From Chloroflexota bacterium (GTDB taxonomy: Bacteria; Chloroflexota; UBA11872; VXOZ01), in the NCBI GenBank assembly GCA_965219505.1, contig OZ244775.1:2558815-2622814 (forward strand): a DNA stretch of 64,000 nucleotides, given 5' to 3'. Position numbers and translations under genes: made by a program. Positions 63,436-64,000 of this stretch are shown in pieces. Below the pieces are notes generated by a model that searched no databases, had not been told where the DNA came from, and saw only the letters and a list, made by a program, of their open reading frames with translations. Position 1 is the stretch's first letter. Each line of letters begins with the position of its first letter.

Positions 63436-63780
63436 GTGAAGCTGCCCAACGCCCGCCGGGCCCTTGTCGACAAGGAGAAGATCACAGAGTACTTGCTCTC
63501 AACGACCAGTCCGCGAGGACGTACCAAAGCTCGCTTTTTCCTTCGGTTCGGATTTGAAGCTAAGCGTTGGCGAGAATTTGCAGATGCACTTCGGGCCCAT
63601 GGCGCTGTCTACGAAGTTATAAGAGCTGTTGAAACCGTCCACGGTTTTCGACACTACGTGGAAGGTGCCATCAGGACGCCGGACGGGCGCGATCCAGGCG
63701 TGGTGACCGTCTGGCAAGTCGATCAAGGTAGCGACTACCCAAGACTCATTACGGCATACCCCCGCAGGAGGAAGAGATAG
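63436..63780 (+). CDS. Small basic protein (DUF6883-like), first gene of a two-gene cassette
   Basis: 114 aa. Its stop abuts the GTG start of the next small ORF. Confidence 0.35.
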   Translation: MKLPNARRALVDKEKITEYLLSTTSPRGRTKARFFLRFGFEAKRWREFADALRAHGAVYEVIRAVETVHGFRHYVEGAIRTPDGRDPGVVTVWQVDQGSDYPRLITAYPRRRKR

Positions 63781-64000
63781 TGTTCAAAGAACACGAGCAA
63801 GTCGTGCTAACGGCCGCTGTTTCCGGCGATGACAAAGAAGATCTGCAACCAGGGGACGTAGGCACCATTGTACACGTACATCCAGGTGACCTGGCCTTTG
63901 TGGCGGAATTCCTTGCTTTGGACGGCGAGACCGTAGCCATTGCTACGGTACTTTCGTCGCAGGCGCGCCCTGTTACCAGTGCAGATCTCACCCATGCCCG
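63781..64000 (+). CDS. DUF4926-like small protein (partial, runs off the window end)
   Basis: 'EHEQVVLTAAVSGDDKEDLQPGDVGTIVHVHPGDLAFVAEFLALDGETVAIATV' resembles the DUF4926 consensus. Confidence 0.4.

Overview
This is a high-GC bacterial chromosomal window (roughly 60-65% GC by eye), with a lower-GC patch at about 17.9-18.4 kb. The genes look like a Chloroflexota- or actinobacterium-like lineage, but I cannot establish the lineage from sequence alone.

Most of the window is housekeeping: a PduO-type cobalamin adenosyltransferase; a DUF2520-panB-panC pantothenate operon; leuC/leuD; ilvE; two tandem L-rhamnonate-dehydratase-like enolase-superfamily paralogs; a translationally coupled pair of fused ABC exporters; SDRs, GNATs and TerC; tldD/pmbA and DegV; an Fe-alcohol dehydrogenase; a tmRNA (tag ANKHNFALAA); tRNA-Leu(GAG); and a selD gene with an in-frame TGA selenocysteine codon.

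The standout is a 16-kb same-strand array at 1.1-17.1 kb of serially duplicated two-gene cassettes. Each cassette is a secreted fn3 / PT-linker / matrixin-like zinc metalloprotease followed by a PD40 (TolB-like) beta-propeller lipoprotein. Only the first protease is intact (HEAGH). The second is 5'-truncated and frameshifted and carries HKSGH, so it has lost the catalytic Glu. The remaining four cassettes keep the protease only as 33-43-codon stubs that are translationally coupled to the propeller genes. These stubs preserve the protease C-terminal 'Met-turn ... DCSPHPxDIxAIxAxYQT' helix; one is disrupted. One propeller is a pseudogene and the last has gained a plant-type LRR domain.

Other notable items are an array of about 18 tandem 38-bp hairpin repeats upstream of leuC, four families of dispersed REP-like palindromic elements, an AAA_21 ATPase coupled to a small DUF4276-like gene (candidate defence module), and a DUF6883-like / DUF4926-like pair at the right edge.
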